Positions 52,305-64,000 of a stretch of 64,000 nt of DNA are shown in pieces. Positions within the stretch are counted from its first letter, which is position 1; each line of letters opens with the position of its first letter. The stretch is from Chrysomallon squamiferum. Lineage: Eukaryota > Animalia > Mollusca. Both the position numbers and the translations under genes were made by a program. The notes under the pieces are model-generated. The model worked only from the letters and a program-made list of their open reading frames with translations, ran no database searches and was not told where the DNA came from. Location of the stretch: positions 16,678,001-16,742,000 of the forward strand of contig CM022671.1 in assembly GCA_012295275.1 (NCBI GenBank). The letters run 5' to 3'.

Positions 52305-55300
52305 TAAAAGATGAAATAAGGTGGTGCAGTTTACTCACAAAAGAAAGTTGCTGATGCCGATATTACCAACAGCATGATCTGGCAGTTAACATTTGTAGTA
52401 AATTCAAGAGTGGCTGCTTTCAATATAAATTATTTATTGACACTGCAGCTTGAAGGAAAATGGCATATAGCATTTGTAATGTCAACACCATATCCATCTT
52501 TCTGAAAGATTAATCATTAACAAAAGGTGAAAGAATGTAAGGAACTTTTCATTTTTGATGCCTTTTTTTGTTATCGTGTATATTTAGTTGGGTGGTTCAT
52601 TGTATTTAAATATTAAAAAATGTTCTGCATTGGTGAGGTTTATTTCTAAAAACATGTTGGACGAGTGTCAAGTGCTCTCAACTGACAACATGAACAAGTC
52701 TGAATGTTGGAGATACCCAACCCAACTGATAAAATGTGCTTACTGTATCTCTGATTTTGTCACTTCCAATTATCACAAAACTAATTAATTTATGGTATTC
52801 TACACTTAATATGAATTTTTGTTCTATCGTTATTATCAAATGTAATTGTATTATTGATATTAACTGGATCTGAAAATAATTTTCATGTCATTGGGGATAA
52901 TCATGTATCGAGTTAAAAAATGCTTATACTAAGTTAAAGCATTTTTAATGGAGAAATTTTGTTTGGTTTTCCAACAAATTAATAAAAGATCATGCAAAAT
53001 TATTAAAGGAGAAAAGGAAGTTTTTTTTTTATCTTATCTTTGACATGTATATTTTGAGTTGGATAATGTACATTTTAAAATACGTGTACGGTTGTATTAT
53101 TTCTGCAGTAATAACATTTATCCTCAAATTAATGTATGAACTTTACAGTTAATTTTTAAGTTGAGTTATTTCAAGTTGATTATAAATGACAAGAAATTGT
53201 GTTGTATTTTAAAATAATATACATTATTGTAATCACTTACATGTGGAAAAATAAATTTATTCCTGAAAATTAAATGTTTTTGGATTTGTTCAATACCAGA
53301 TTATGATACCAAGTTCTTCAACTTTATTATTCATATCACCTAAATTGTAAATAAAAATGACTTCACCCTCTGAGAAGAAAGGCCTTTTTTTGAGAGAAAA
53401 AAAAAATAATTTTTTCGTACTAAATGTGTTGTCTCATAGTAACTTTGAACACAGGCAAGAAAAAAACAAAAACCTGTAATTCTTAGTTTTATGCTCTGAA
53501 TGAAAACCAGAGTTTTATTATTATTAGTTGTTTTTTGTTTTTTTTCATTCTAATCACTCCAATTTGATTTCCAAATATTAAAATGTACATTATAATATAA
53601 TATTACTTTCACCTCAAAGACATTCAACAAAAACTCTACTGGCTATCTCACAATTAAAAAGGATCACCTCAGGCATGATTTGTTACTTAGTAACCAAAAT
53701 GGAAGTTCTAGTTGACAGATTCAATTTGATCTTTGTTGTCAGAAGCTGTGCTTGGAATGTTGAGTGTACAGTTTCCTGAATCCCAAGTCAATTATAATAA
53801 TGGTGGAAAAAAGAAAAATAAATTAGTAAATAAATTTTAAAATAATATATATAAATAAATAAATAATCATAATAATAATAATAAATGAAATAAAATAATT
53901 TTATTATGTTTTAAAATTTTCTGCCAACCTGAAAAATTGGAGAAAATTAAATGCCATTAATTCAACTTCCAGTGTAACTTTCAGTTTGTATAAATGTGGT
54001 TAATTAATTTTATATGATATTCAACATTTAATGTGAATTTTAGTTTGTATTGTACACTTTTTTGTGGATAGATATTAAATTGTTTTCAACAAGATTCTTA
54101 AAATTTAGTTAGAGCCTAATTAATAATAAAATTATATTTATTTCTTTTTCTTTTTACAGTAGCCTACATTTAAAATAAAAACGGGATAAACAATGTATAT
54201 ATTTATACTGATTATTTTACGAATAAATAAAATTAAATATATTAAATTGATAAATCTGATTTAACGATTTGTACGAATTTTTATACTTGACATAACAAAA
54301 AAATAAAAGGTAACCAAAAACTATTTCCTTCTGAAATAAAGCTAAAATACATACACTTTAATAATGGTGGGGGTGGTGGTAGAGAGAAAATAAAAAAGTC
54401 AGTATCGAACCAAACTGCCGAATTTATCAGGTTTTATTGGCGCAGACAGCACTGACAGTGTGCGATTTACTGGAGAATGAGAGATAATTAATTTTAATAT
54501 TATTCAGTGCTGTTATTATTATGTTTTTACTAGTTCACTTTAGTACCAATGTAATTTCATAAATACAAAAGAAAAAAATAGCAATAAAAATTAATAGAAG
54601 TATCACTCAGATATATTATTATTATTACAGTTATAACCGATCGGGTGCTGTTTGTTTGCAGTGCTCTTTTGTTGTGAAGGAAGATAGTGTTGGTCAAGTC
54701 TATTTGCATTATATAGGTAGGTTGGGTTAGAAATGTCAGTAGCCATATTTTATTATTCATCACATTATTCTTAATTATATTGTTGCCAAATAATTTTAAA
54801 ACAGCTTTTTTCGTCTTCTGATTAGCTATGTAGGAAAAATAATATATTAACAAATGCAAACATCAAAATATAGCAGTATCTTAACATGTCCTCTGAAATA
54901 CGTTGGTCAGTAAAACCTCAGTAAGGCAACACGTTAATAGGTTTAAATAGGGGCGACAATTGGGTTATTTTATTATTTGTATAGAACAAATAATTTAATT
55001 ATTACTTCACGCAATCAAAATTATGAGAACGTTAATACTTTGCAAAAAATTAGGGATGCGTGTATTATAAATCGTTGCAGTTATTGTTGATTTCGTGCAT
55101 TTAATTTTTATTTTATTATGCACTATAAGGAATGTATTTTTATTTCTAAATATATTTTTAACCAGCATACGCGCGTTTTTAGAACGCGGATGCCGTAATC
55201 CAAATTATACTGCGTGTAGCTACAAATACGTTTATTACCCATTTACTCAGAATATGCAGATGGTATTAATTAAAATAAGCAATTCTCCCCCCCCCCGAGT

Positions 55301-56687
55301 AAATTAATACTCATAAAATAAATATAAATTAATACATTTCAGAATAAGATGAAAAGACTTCCTATTTCATGTCTCTTCTGGAAATTTCCGAATAAACATC
55401 TATTTAGGAAGGGTCCGCTTTTGTATTATTAATATTTTGTACCAATGAGGGCCTCTTTGCATTATATGTCGACTTAAACACACAACTGCATATAATCTTC
55501 TAAATATTTATATGTAGTATCAGTAATAATTTATTTATTACATGCTTTAGAAGAATTTTTTGTGTCTTTGTTAATTAAAAGAAGCGAATGAAAAGAAAGT
55601 CCCATTAAAAAAAAATAATAATAATAATGCAAAGCGTGATCATGCCTATAGTGTGATGTCACTTTTATTTTTAGTGACTTTCTTTTCCTGTGTGATGGTG
55701 ACATCATTTACAGATATAAAGATGTAAATTATATCGTTTATTCACTCTTAAAATAAACTAAATAGGATGCTTTAGACTGAAAGAAAATTAAAATTAAAAT
55801 TAAAATAAATAATTAAATAAATATAAAAATGAAGATTTTATTATCAGCAGATTGAAGAAAATAAGTTTCAGTGCTTTAGTAATTTTATATCTTCGTATTA
55901 AATAAATAAACATCTCTATGATTAAATAGTTATGCATGCATGACTATATGTATATTATGTGTATGTATACGTTTTCTTTGTGTGTGTATATGTGTATATC
56001 TATATGTATATATTCATAGTGTATTCATATATATATTTGTAAATTTATATTCATGTATGTATGTATATATGCATAAAATATATTTATACATTTCTGTATG
56101 TATGTATATATGTATGGGTTATTTCTGATGATTCACACAAACACATTCTTGACAAACGTAAATTAATTAACTGAAATGATGTCATAAATATTTCAATACT
56201 AAGGTCCATTTCTAAAATCGTCTTTGAAAAACATGTACAAAAACATCATGACAACCAAACGTACGACATTATGATTATCTACATATTGACATTGTTAGTT
56301 TGACTATATGCAGAGAGGAATTTAGAATATAATAGTTATTTAATATAAATATTCAAACACGAGTGCCGATACATTGAAGTTAACTCACCTTTGTTTATAT
56401 AGCAACATTTCGCAAAATACTAAAACACACTAAAAATAGGTCTACTCCATGACGTACGGCGTTCATCTTAAAATCATGTGGGTTTGTTTACATCTAACAG
56501 CTGATAGAATAGGTCAACTGCCAATCAATGTTGACCCGTGAACTTTGAACCAAGATTGTAACTATTAAATCTACCTCTAAACACGATCATTGTTTATTTT
56601 ACAATATTTAATCGTTATGAAAATATTGCGATAAGATAGGTAAACAAAATTATATTTTATTTTAAATAAATTGAAGGTGTTAATATA

Positions 56688-56720
56688 TAGGCGTGGCTAA
56701 AAGTGTACCACGTGACAGTG
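56688..56720 (+). promoter_or_regulatory. Putative UBE2H promoter elements
   Basis: GGCGTGGC (Sp/KLF-like) and CCACGTGAC E-box (56708-16) about 100 bp upstream of the ATG, in a CpG-enriched patch. Confidence 0.5.
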
Positions 56721-56815
56721 ATACGTCTCTCCCCTAGCAGATCTCTGCTCCGCCATAGCTGTTGTTGTTTTGGAAGCGAAAAGACTGTTTCTGCAGTAGT
56801 GAAGAGAGCTAAAGA

Positions 56816-59800
56816 ATGTCGTCTCCGAGCCCCGGTAAACGACGAATGGACACAGATGTGGTTAAACTGTATCTTTTATGACTCTGTGTGCAGGCCATTC
56901 CGTGAAATTGACGCAATAAGCTGTTGATCTGTCACGATTATGCTAGCATATTTGCTAAGGCACAAATAAGGTCATTTTGTCAGTTGTCTAGTGTTATTGA
57001 TTGTTATGTCACAGTCATATTTTCCATATAGCAAACCATTGAAGAATATATCTACCTAAATTAACATTATCTGTTTTATTGTTAACCTTTACTGCTTAAA
57101 TTTGCTTTTTCATTTTTCTTGTCATTATAACTAAGGAGAATATTCCAAAATAGACGAGGGATGTCGGGATGTAAGCAATGAGAAAAGTAGGCAATTGGGT
57201 CAGATGTTTACTTGTCATCTGTTTATTTCCAAAATCTTTTCATATATAACCATTACATCGTATATTCTGGTAATAACTGTTTAGTTCAATATTTCAAAGT
57301 ACTACCCACCGTTAGCAGAAGACGGGATGGGGGGGGTGAAGTAAAACTCATTAACATTCAGTACGTGTATAATAGTTTTCTTCTTTCACTTTTTGTTTTG
57401 TTTTAATGATCAGACAAACTGCCCAAACATTTTGAAACTTCTGCAGTAAATATCTTTGATATAAGTAAATTAAGTGTCCAATGTAACTGAGTTGAGATTC
57501 ACAATTTATTTTAATTAAAATGTATTTTATCTTTGTTCTGTCATCTCACTGAAAAGTACTTCTATTCCTGCCAGCAGTGTAATCAGAGAGAGACTTTATT
57601 CTTGTGAAATAATTTGAAAAATAAACTGTACAATACTTGAATTAACATTACAAAAAGCTTTTAAGAAGCTGGTAAATCATTTTTAATTTTTTTTGGAGAA
57701 GTTATTTGAATTGTTCTTGGCAATTAAAGTGTGAATCATCTACATCTGAAGTCAGAAGCACATTATGATTATCAGATAATGGCAATACATTAATGTGATT
57801 CAGACTGTCTTTTGCATTTTTCTAACAAAAATGCATTGACAGGTTATTTTTTTAGTGTAATGCTGAGCAATAATGTGCCCTTTATAGTGCATTGTCTTGT
57901 TATTTTTAACTAATTACAGTTGTTCACCTATATGTTTTGTTTTTCTTTGCATTTTATCCTTAACATATATTAGAATTGAAAGTAAACATGAAGTGACAAT
58001 TCTAGCAGGACTAAATGAATTTATGGTGAAATTCTATGGGCCATCAGGAAGTAAGTACTGTATATATTATTGTGAAATTAAACATTCTTCTATAAATGTG
58101 CTATTAAAAATGAGAACAAATCCTGTTTCCATTTGTGTGCTACTAGGTTTTTTTTTTGTTGTTGTTATTTTGTTTTTTTTATTAAATATATATTTTTGAG
58201 TGTTGTTAACAAAATACTAGATTGAAGGACTATAGTTGTATTTTAGGTAGTAATTGCAGTAAATCAATACAAAACATTTAAAAACATTTCACTATTCAGA
58301 TATTTTTTATTATTAAATATCCATTTCTAAAATTTGTATTATTCACTAGTATATTAATCTACTTATGCTTAATATCTAAATTAATCCTGATTTTCAGCAA
58401 GAACTGTTTTGGCATTTTATTATCTCTGTAGGTAAGAAACGTTTTAAAATTAAATCTGATTATTTTTATATTTCAGCTCCTTATGAAGGAGGAGTATGGA
58501 AAGTACGAGTTGACCTTCCTGAAAAATACCCATTCAAGTCACCGTCAATAGGTAAATGTTAAAATTTAACCCATACATTTTTTTTAAACATAATAAATAA
58601 ATTAGACATAAATTATATTTTTTCTTCACATTTTTATACTTTGTTTTCTTTCTAAATGTGGATAATGAAGAATCAGATACTTGATGAAATACCTAAACAA
58701 ATATAAGAGTGATAACATTTAAATTCCAAAACACTGTATTCCCAGCAGTTTATAAAAGATCAGTTGACCATAGCAAAACTTGGAGCTACTGGGAAATACA
58801 TCAACGAGTTGTAAAGAATGTTGGCTACAGTTTGAATGTTCCTTGTGAAAAATGTTACTGCTAAGTTTACTTTTTTCCATGGCAACATCATCTATCTCCA
58901 AGGCAGCTGCAAGAATTCTGTAAATCATATGCAGTTGTGGCCCAGAATAAATTTGCATTAGTTACAATCTACAAACAATTCATTTAAACACTTTTTCTTT
59001 TTTCCCCTTCAGGCTTTATGAATAGAATCTACCATCCAAATATAGATGAAGTGTAAGTATTTTAAATAATTGTATAAACTGGAAGATGTTCTGATCTGTT
59101 CAACTGAAGTAATATTTTGCTAGTTTCTTACTGAGTATGGAAATGTCTTTCATCATCTAGCCACTTAACCTTGAAACATACATACTTTAGTTTGAACTGT
59201 TGTTAATATCATTGTGCATCCTAACATGATCATATCAGTGTTGTAATATTATTTCATTTCCTTATAACATCATAACTTAAGAAAAGTAATGCTGAATAAT
59301 ATTTTTCCAGTTTGGTATCCAACTGTCAACACCAAGCCACTGTAACCTTCAAAACACGTACATTTTTATTTGAATTATTGTTAATATTGTTCTGAATTAT
59401 AAAAATTTTCATCTCCTGAAAATATGGAATTCTGGATACACTAGGCTTCTTAAATTTAGTTGTCTTTTAAAACTATTCTATGTCCTGTCTTATTTCAAAA
59501 CAGCATATAGTCAAGAACTTTACTGAATTTAATGTACAGCTTGTATCACTTGTTTTAGATCAGTATTTATAGCTAATAAAATGCCTACATTTATATTGTC
59601 ATCAGAAATGTATTTATTTATTTATTTATTTATTTATTTATTAATTTATTTATTTATTTTAAATTCAGTTCAGGAACAGTTTGTCTGGATGTCATAAACC
59701 AGGCCTGGACTGCATTGTATGGTGAGTGGATGTCACTTCCTGTTACACAATAACTTTTTTAAATATAAAATTGTTCTTGGAAATCAAAGTAATTGAAAGT

Positions 59801-60857
59801 GAGATGACCGTTTCTCGTATGACAAAACTAACCCCGCTTACACAAAATCATCCCACAAACAGTCAGTTTGGGGAATTGAAAAGCAAATTTTGTAGTAAGA
59901 TTATTCCTTCATTTATCTCTGAAAATCTCCAAAAGTTTTGTCAGCAGACAGATGACTTTGAGAACAATCGAAATTCTGACCAACTTGTAAATAAATCAAA
60001 AGTATTGACAGGTCTGTATTACAAAAAAGCCACTTCACAAAGATGGTCTTGTTTTCTCATCTAATTTTAAGAATTTTCTTTAAAATAATTTATTTAATAT
60101 TATGTGAGTTTTTTCCCTCAGATTTTTTTTGTTTTCTTTTGTTTATTTTGTCAGATGTAATGTTTAGTTTCAGACACATACACAAAAATGTTCTGTAACT
60201 GTAAGTCAGTTTATTATTTTTTTTTTTTTTTAGATCTTTCTAACATTTTTGAATCGTTCCTACCCCAGTTGTTAACTTATCCAAACCCCATTGACCCTCT
60301 CAATGGAGATGCTGCTGCACTCTATCTCCATAAACCAGAAGAATATAGCAAAAAGGTTAAAGGTAAAAATAATTATTTGTATTTAAAATACTTTTTCTTT
60401 TTAATTTTGAATTTACATGCCACTGTTGCATTTGGTACATTTCTTACTTTTATGGAGTTATATGGTTTTACAGTTATTACAGTGAAACTTACAGATAAAC
60501 CAGAGTAACAAAATCTGAATACTTTTATTATGATTTAAATATATTACTGTTCTGAGTATTAGCTAAACCAAAACAGAATCAGAACATTTTTAAAACTTTG
60601 ACTTTGTTGTTGTTTTTACGGTGAACTAAGTTTATTATTTTATTTAAGTTCAGTCCAAATCCTTTTTTTTTTAGAAACAATGATGCCTTCTTTTTATTTT
60701 ATTATCATTACTATTATTATTTTTATTTTTCATTTCAGAATATGTTAAAAAATATGCAACCGAAGACGTATTGCATGAAACTGAACATGCCTCCTCATCT
60801 AGTGAAAGTTCCATGAGTGATTTTTCAGAAGACGAAGCTCAGGATATGGAACTTTAA
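56816..60857 (+). CDS. UBE2H: Ubiquitin-conjugating enzyme E2 H (Ubc8/GID-CTLH E2), about 181 aa
   Basis: Exons 56816-56868, 57974-58050, 58477-58551, 59013-59052, 59669-59721, 60234-60362, 60739-60857. Protein [25 protein letters not shown]...[88 protein letters not shown]...[19 protein letters not shown]; HPN motif, catalytic Cys and acidic tail are characteristic of UBE2H. Confidence 0.97.
56869..57973 (+). other. U12-type (minor spliceosome) GT-AG intron 1 of UBE2H
   Basis: The 5' splice site reads GTATCTTTT (U12 consensus GTATCCTTT, one mismatch). A U12 branch site TCCTTAAC at 57957-57964 lies 9 nt before the intron end, with no polypyrimidine tract in between. Confidence 0.85.
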
Positions 60858-63800
60858 CATCTAGTTTCTTTTATTTTGTATATATTCATTTGTATATATA
60901 TATATATATCTGCCAACAACATTGTTCCATCAAGCATGGATTTTTATAACACGAGCTTGGACTGGTTTAAGAGCCGTCTGCTGCATCTGAATTGTTTTAA
61001 GGAAAGGGTTTATTAGATGCATTTTCTAGCTGTCTTTCTCAACACTTTTGTAAGTGATTCATTTACAGTGCTAGAATGAAAGTTTCTCTGCAGTGTGCTG
61101 AATGAAAGGTCTCCTGAATGAGTGAGCGAAAAGCACAGAATGTTTATTTTAGTGAGTGAGTGATTGTTATTTTATTTTATCTGTGAGACAACTTTTCAGA
61201 AGGATTTGACACTGTTAACAACTGATTAAATAAGAAGAGTATTCAATTACAAGTAAGAAATTTGTTTAATGTTAATCAAAATTAATATGTGGTAGTTATC
61301 CAAAAAAAATTAAAAAAAAAATTTAAACATTCAGTTTTATAAAATGTAATTTCTTTTTTCAATATTTTATTTATGATTGGCTAAATTAAAAAAAAAATAT
61401 TTCGCCTTAGAAGCATTCTCATGTAAGACGATGTTTTTGACTGGTTACTCAGAAAGCTGTATGACTAGATAGTAGATTGTAATTGTTAAAAAAAAAAAAG
61501 TATATATATATATATTTAAAAAAAAAAAAAAATAAAAAAAAAAAAAAAAAACAAAACAAAACTGGACAATATTTATTTTTGCAAAGTGATTACTTGACTA
61601 AGGGAATGCATTTTTACCACAGCTACTTGACAGTAACCAATTAATTTTAATAAATACATTCATTTATCATCAGTGTTATTAGGAGGAATACAACACAGAT
61701 GTTTTATAAACCATTGGAATGTAGGGCTGAAATGTAGTATAACCATAATTTTTTGTTTTCTTCTTTTCTGGTCAATGCTCTAGAAAATGCATCTGTTGTG
61801 TGAAGCTCTGAAATCATACAACACCATAATCATGTGCATTTCCATTCTGACTTTGTGATATACATGTGTGTTTTGATACTTTTATGCTTGTTACTGTAGT
61901 TATTAGTAGTTAAAAAGACATTAGTTTTGGGTACTCTTGCTTGTCAGGAATTTTTGGCACTGAATTTGTGATTCTGTTAAACCAATAATAATTTTTGAAG
62001 AAAAAAAAGAAATTCTGTTTAAATATTGGTTTTAATTATTACAACTCTTGTTAATTCAAGTTTTGGGTACTTTTGTTTTTATTATTCTTATTTTATTTTT
62101 ATTTTTTTGGTCTGAACTTTTGGCACGGTTGTAATTCTGTTAAACAAATAATAATAAAAAAAATTATATTTATATGCAGTAAAACTTAATGATTTTATTT
62201 TTTTTTTAATATCAGTTTTAATTATTACAGCTGTTACTAATTAAATTTGTTCTTAACAGAATCTTACAAATTTGTGCCATTTCACTGAAAACTCTACTAA
62301 GTCAGTAGACCAACTATATTTTTTCTTTGAATCAAAAATGTAATAATTAGAGTAAAAGATTTTCAGTGTATGTGTTAGTTTGAAAATATTTTTCAGTTTG
62401 TACGTAAATACAGTGTAAATGTTCAGTTCTGCCTTATTATAGCCCAGAATGTTGGCATACAGCTAACAAAAACTGTTAAAATGTTATTTAGTTATGGCTA
62501 ATGTCAAAACACATTGCTTTAATTTTTACTTATTCCTAGTACAGAAATTAATACTATTGAATACGAAGTATGTAACATTTTATATTTGACAGTTGTCAAA
62601 ATTAAGTGGTTTTATTTTTACTTGTTCCTAGTAGAGAAACCTGATACTTTTGAAAGAGAAGATATTTTTAACTTTGTATGAAAGCATTGGTACAGCAGTG
62701 GTGATTCATCTTTTTAATATCCTTATCTTCTTACCTCTATTGATAACAGACTTGTAAACATAATGCATGTATCTGTTGTAAAAATATACGTATAATCGTT
62801 TACCCCCCCCACCCATATATTAATGTAGTTTTAAGAACTGAAAGTCTTGTCAGTATCTTGATGCTGGTTTGTTTTTAAAATTTATTATTATTATTTTTTT
62901 TTATGTGAATTGTAAACTGACTCTTTACCAAATAGATACATTTTAATAAAAATGTATTTATGTCGTATAAGATAGTTCTTTTTTTTTTTGGTGAATATAA
63001 AAAAATTAAATAAAAGGATTGTAACGCTGTTTAAAATTAAATTAAGCAACTACGTAAAACACTATACAAGTTTGTTGTGGTGTCTGTGAAACAAAGTCAT
63101 CAATGTTTAATCTGTTACAGCCATATCATAATACTTAACAATTTCATTAATATAATATATTTAAGTTAATAATATCAAATTACAGATGGTTAACAATTTA
63201 GAATTGATTGATATATTTTTTTATATATTTTTGAAATCAATTGCTTAGAGAAATTCATAAAATTTCGTGAAATTTTAAAAGTTCTTTCATATCTTTTATT
63301 TCTTTCTTCTTCTATTCAAAATACCAAAATGTTGTGTTCAGATTGTTTATGTATAAAATCTTATTTTCCTTCTTCCTTTTACCTAATTATATTCCTAAAC
63401 TATTTGTCTTGCATTTTATCCAAATATGGAAAATTGGAAAATTAAAAAACAAAAAGAAAAAAAGAAAAAAGAAAAAAAAGAACAAAACAAACTGATTTTT
63501 ATTAAAATGTCCACAAATGTACTTTGTACACCAGAATTGACAGTTAAGAAGGCAATAAAAAAAATATTTTTCCTTGTAAATTGAGTTAAGTAATTAGTTT
63601 AGAAGTGTGCATATGTGAAGTAACTTCATTTAATGTTAACTGAGTATAAATATATTTTTAAAAATACACTTCAGTTACAACTGTTTGAATAAGTATTTTC
63701 AAAAGTAATATGACACACCTAAATTTAGTATATCTAAATTCCATTCCCCCACAACATCAATTTAAATAATCACTGTTTTATTTATTTATTAATCAGCAAT

Positions 63801-64000
63801 TTTGTCTAATGTTATTATTTTTATTCATAATGCTTTTAGATGAAATCCAGGTTTTGAAAAAAACAACAGCCTCCATTATATCTAAAGGTTCATTATTTTC
63901 TTAAATAAAACTAAATATTGCTAACTTTGATACTTATAACATAGATACAGAGCAATTATTCAACAGCTGAGACTTTATCACAGTAACTTGTGGTTACAAT

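Noticed and set aside
55144-55200. GC-rich hairpin CGCGTT-TTTAG-AACGCG as a possible Helitron 3' end
   Set aside because: No CTRR terminus at the expected distance and no 5' TC boundary identified.
59726-60064. 112-aa ORF in UBE2H intron 5
   Set aside because: Starts at GTG, fits no UBE2H splice phase convincingly and has no recognisable motif; UBE2H is complete without it.

Overview
AT-rich, microsatellite-dense eukaryotic (metazoan) genomic DNA. Intron-rich genes and a degenerate SINE-like repeat suggest a mollusc, possibly a gastropod; this is inference. Most ORF-track entries are microsatellite or intron noise. By reading GT-AG junctions and checking phases by hand I reconstructed five spliced genes. 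(1) The 5' part of a WDR87/WDR97-like WD40 gene (minus, 16 coding exons, runs off the left edge). (2) A complete WASP/N-WASP (minus, 11 exons, about 499 aa). (3) MCM10 (plus, 19 coding exons, head-to-head with WASP), with an apparent 1-nt frameshift in coding exon 2. (4) An uncharacterised protein of about 1121 aa ending in an atypical MYND finger preceded by tandem degenerate copies of its own first zinc knuckle (plus, 16 exons). (5) UBE2H (plus, 7 exons, about 181 aa), whose first intron is U12-type. Also present: a Tc2/pogo-type MITE, a Sola2-like MITE, a decayed FLYWCH/MULE fragment, a roughly 320-bp foldback hairpin, and many minisatellites, several anchored on splice junctions. I found no rRNA, tRNA or CRISPR, and no clearly novel multi-gene system. 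The best leads are the orphan MYND protein, the MCM10 frameshift, the splice-site-anchored duplications and a possible small orphan gene at 37.6-38.1 kb.
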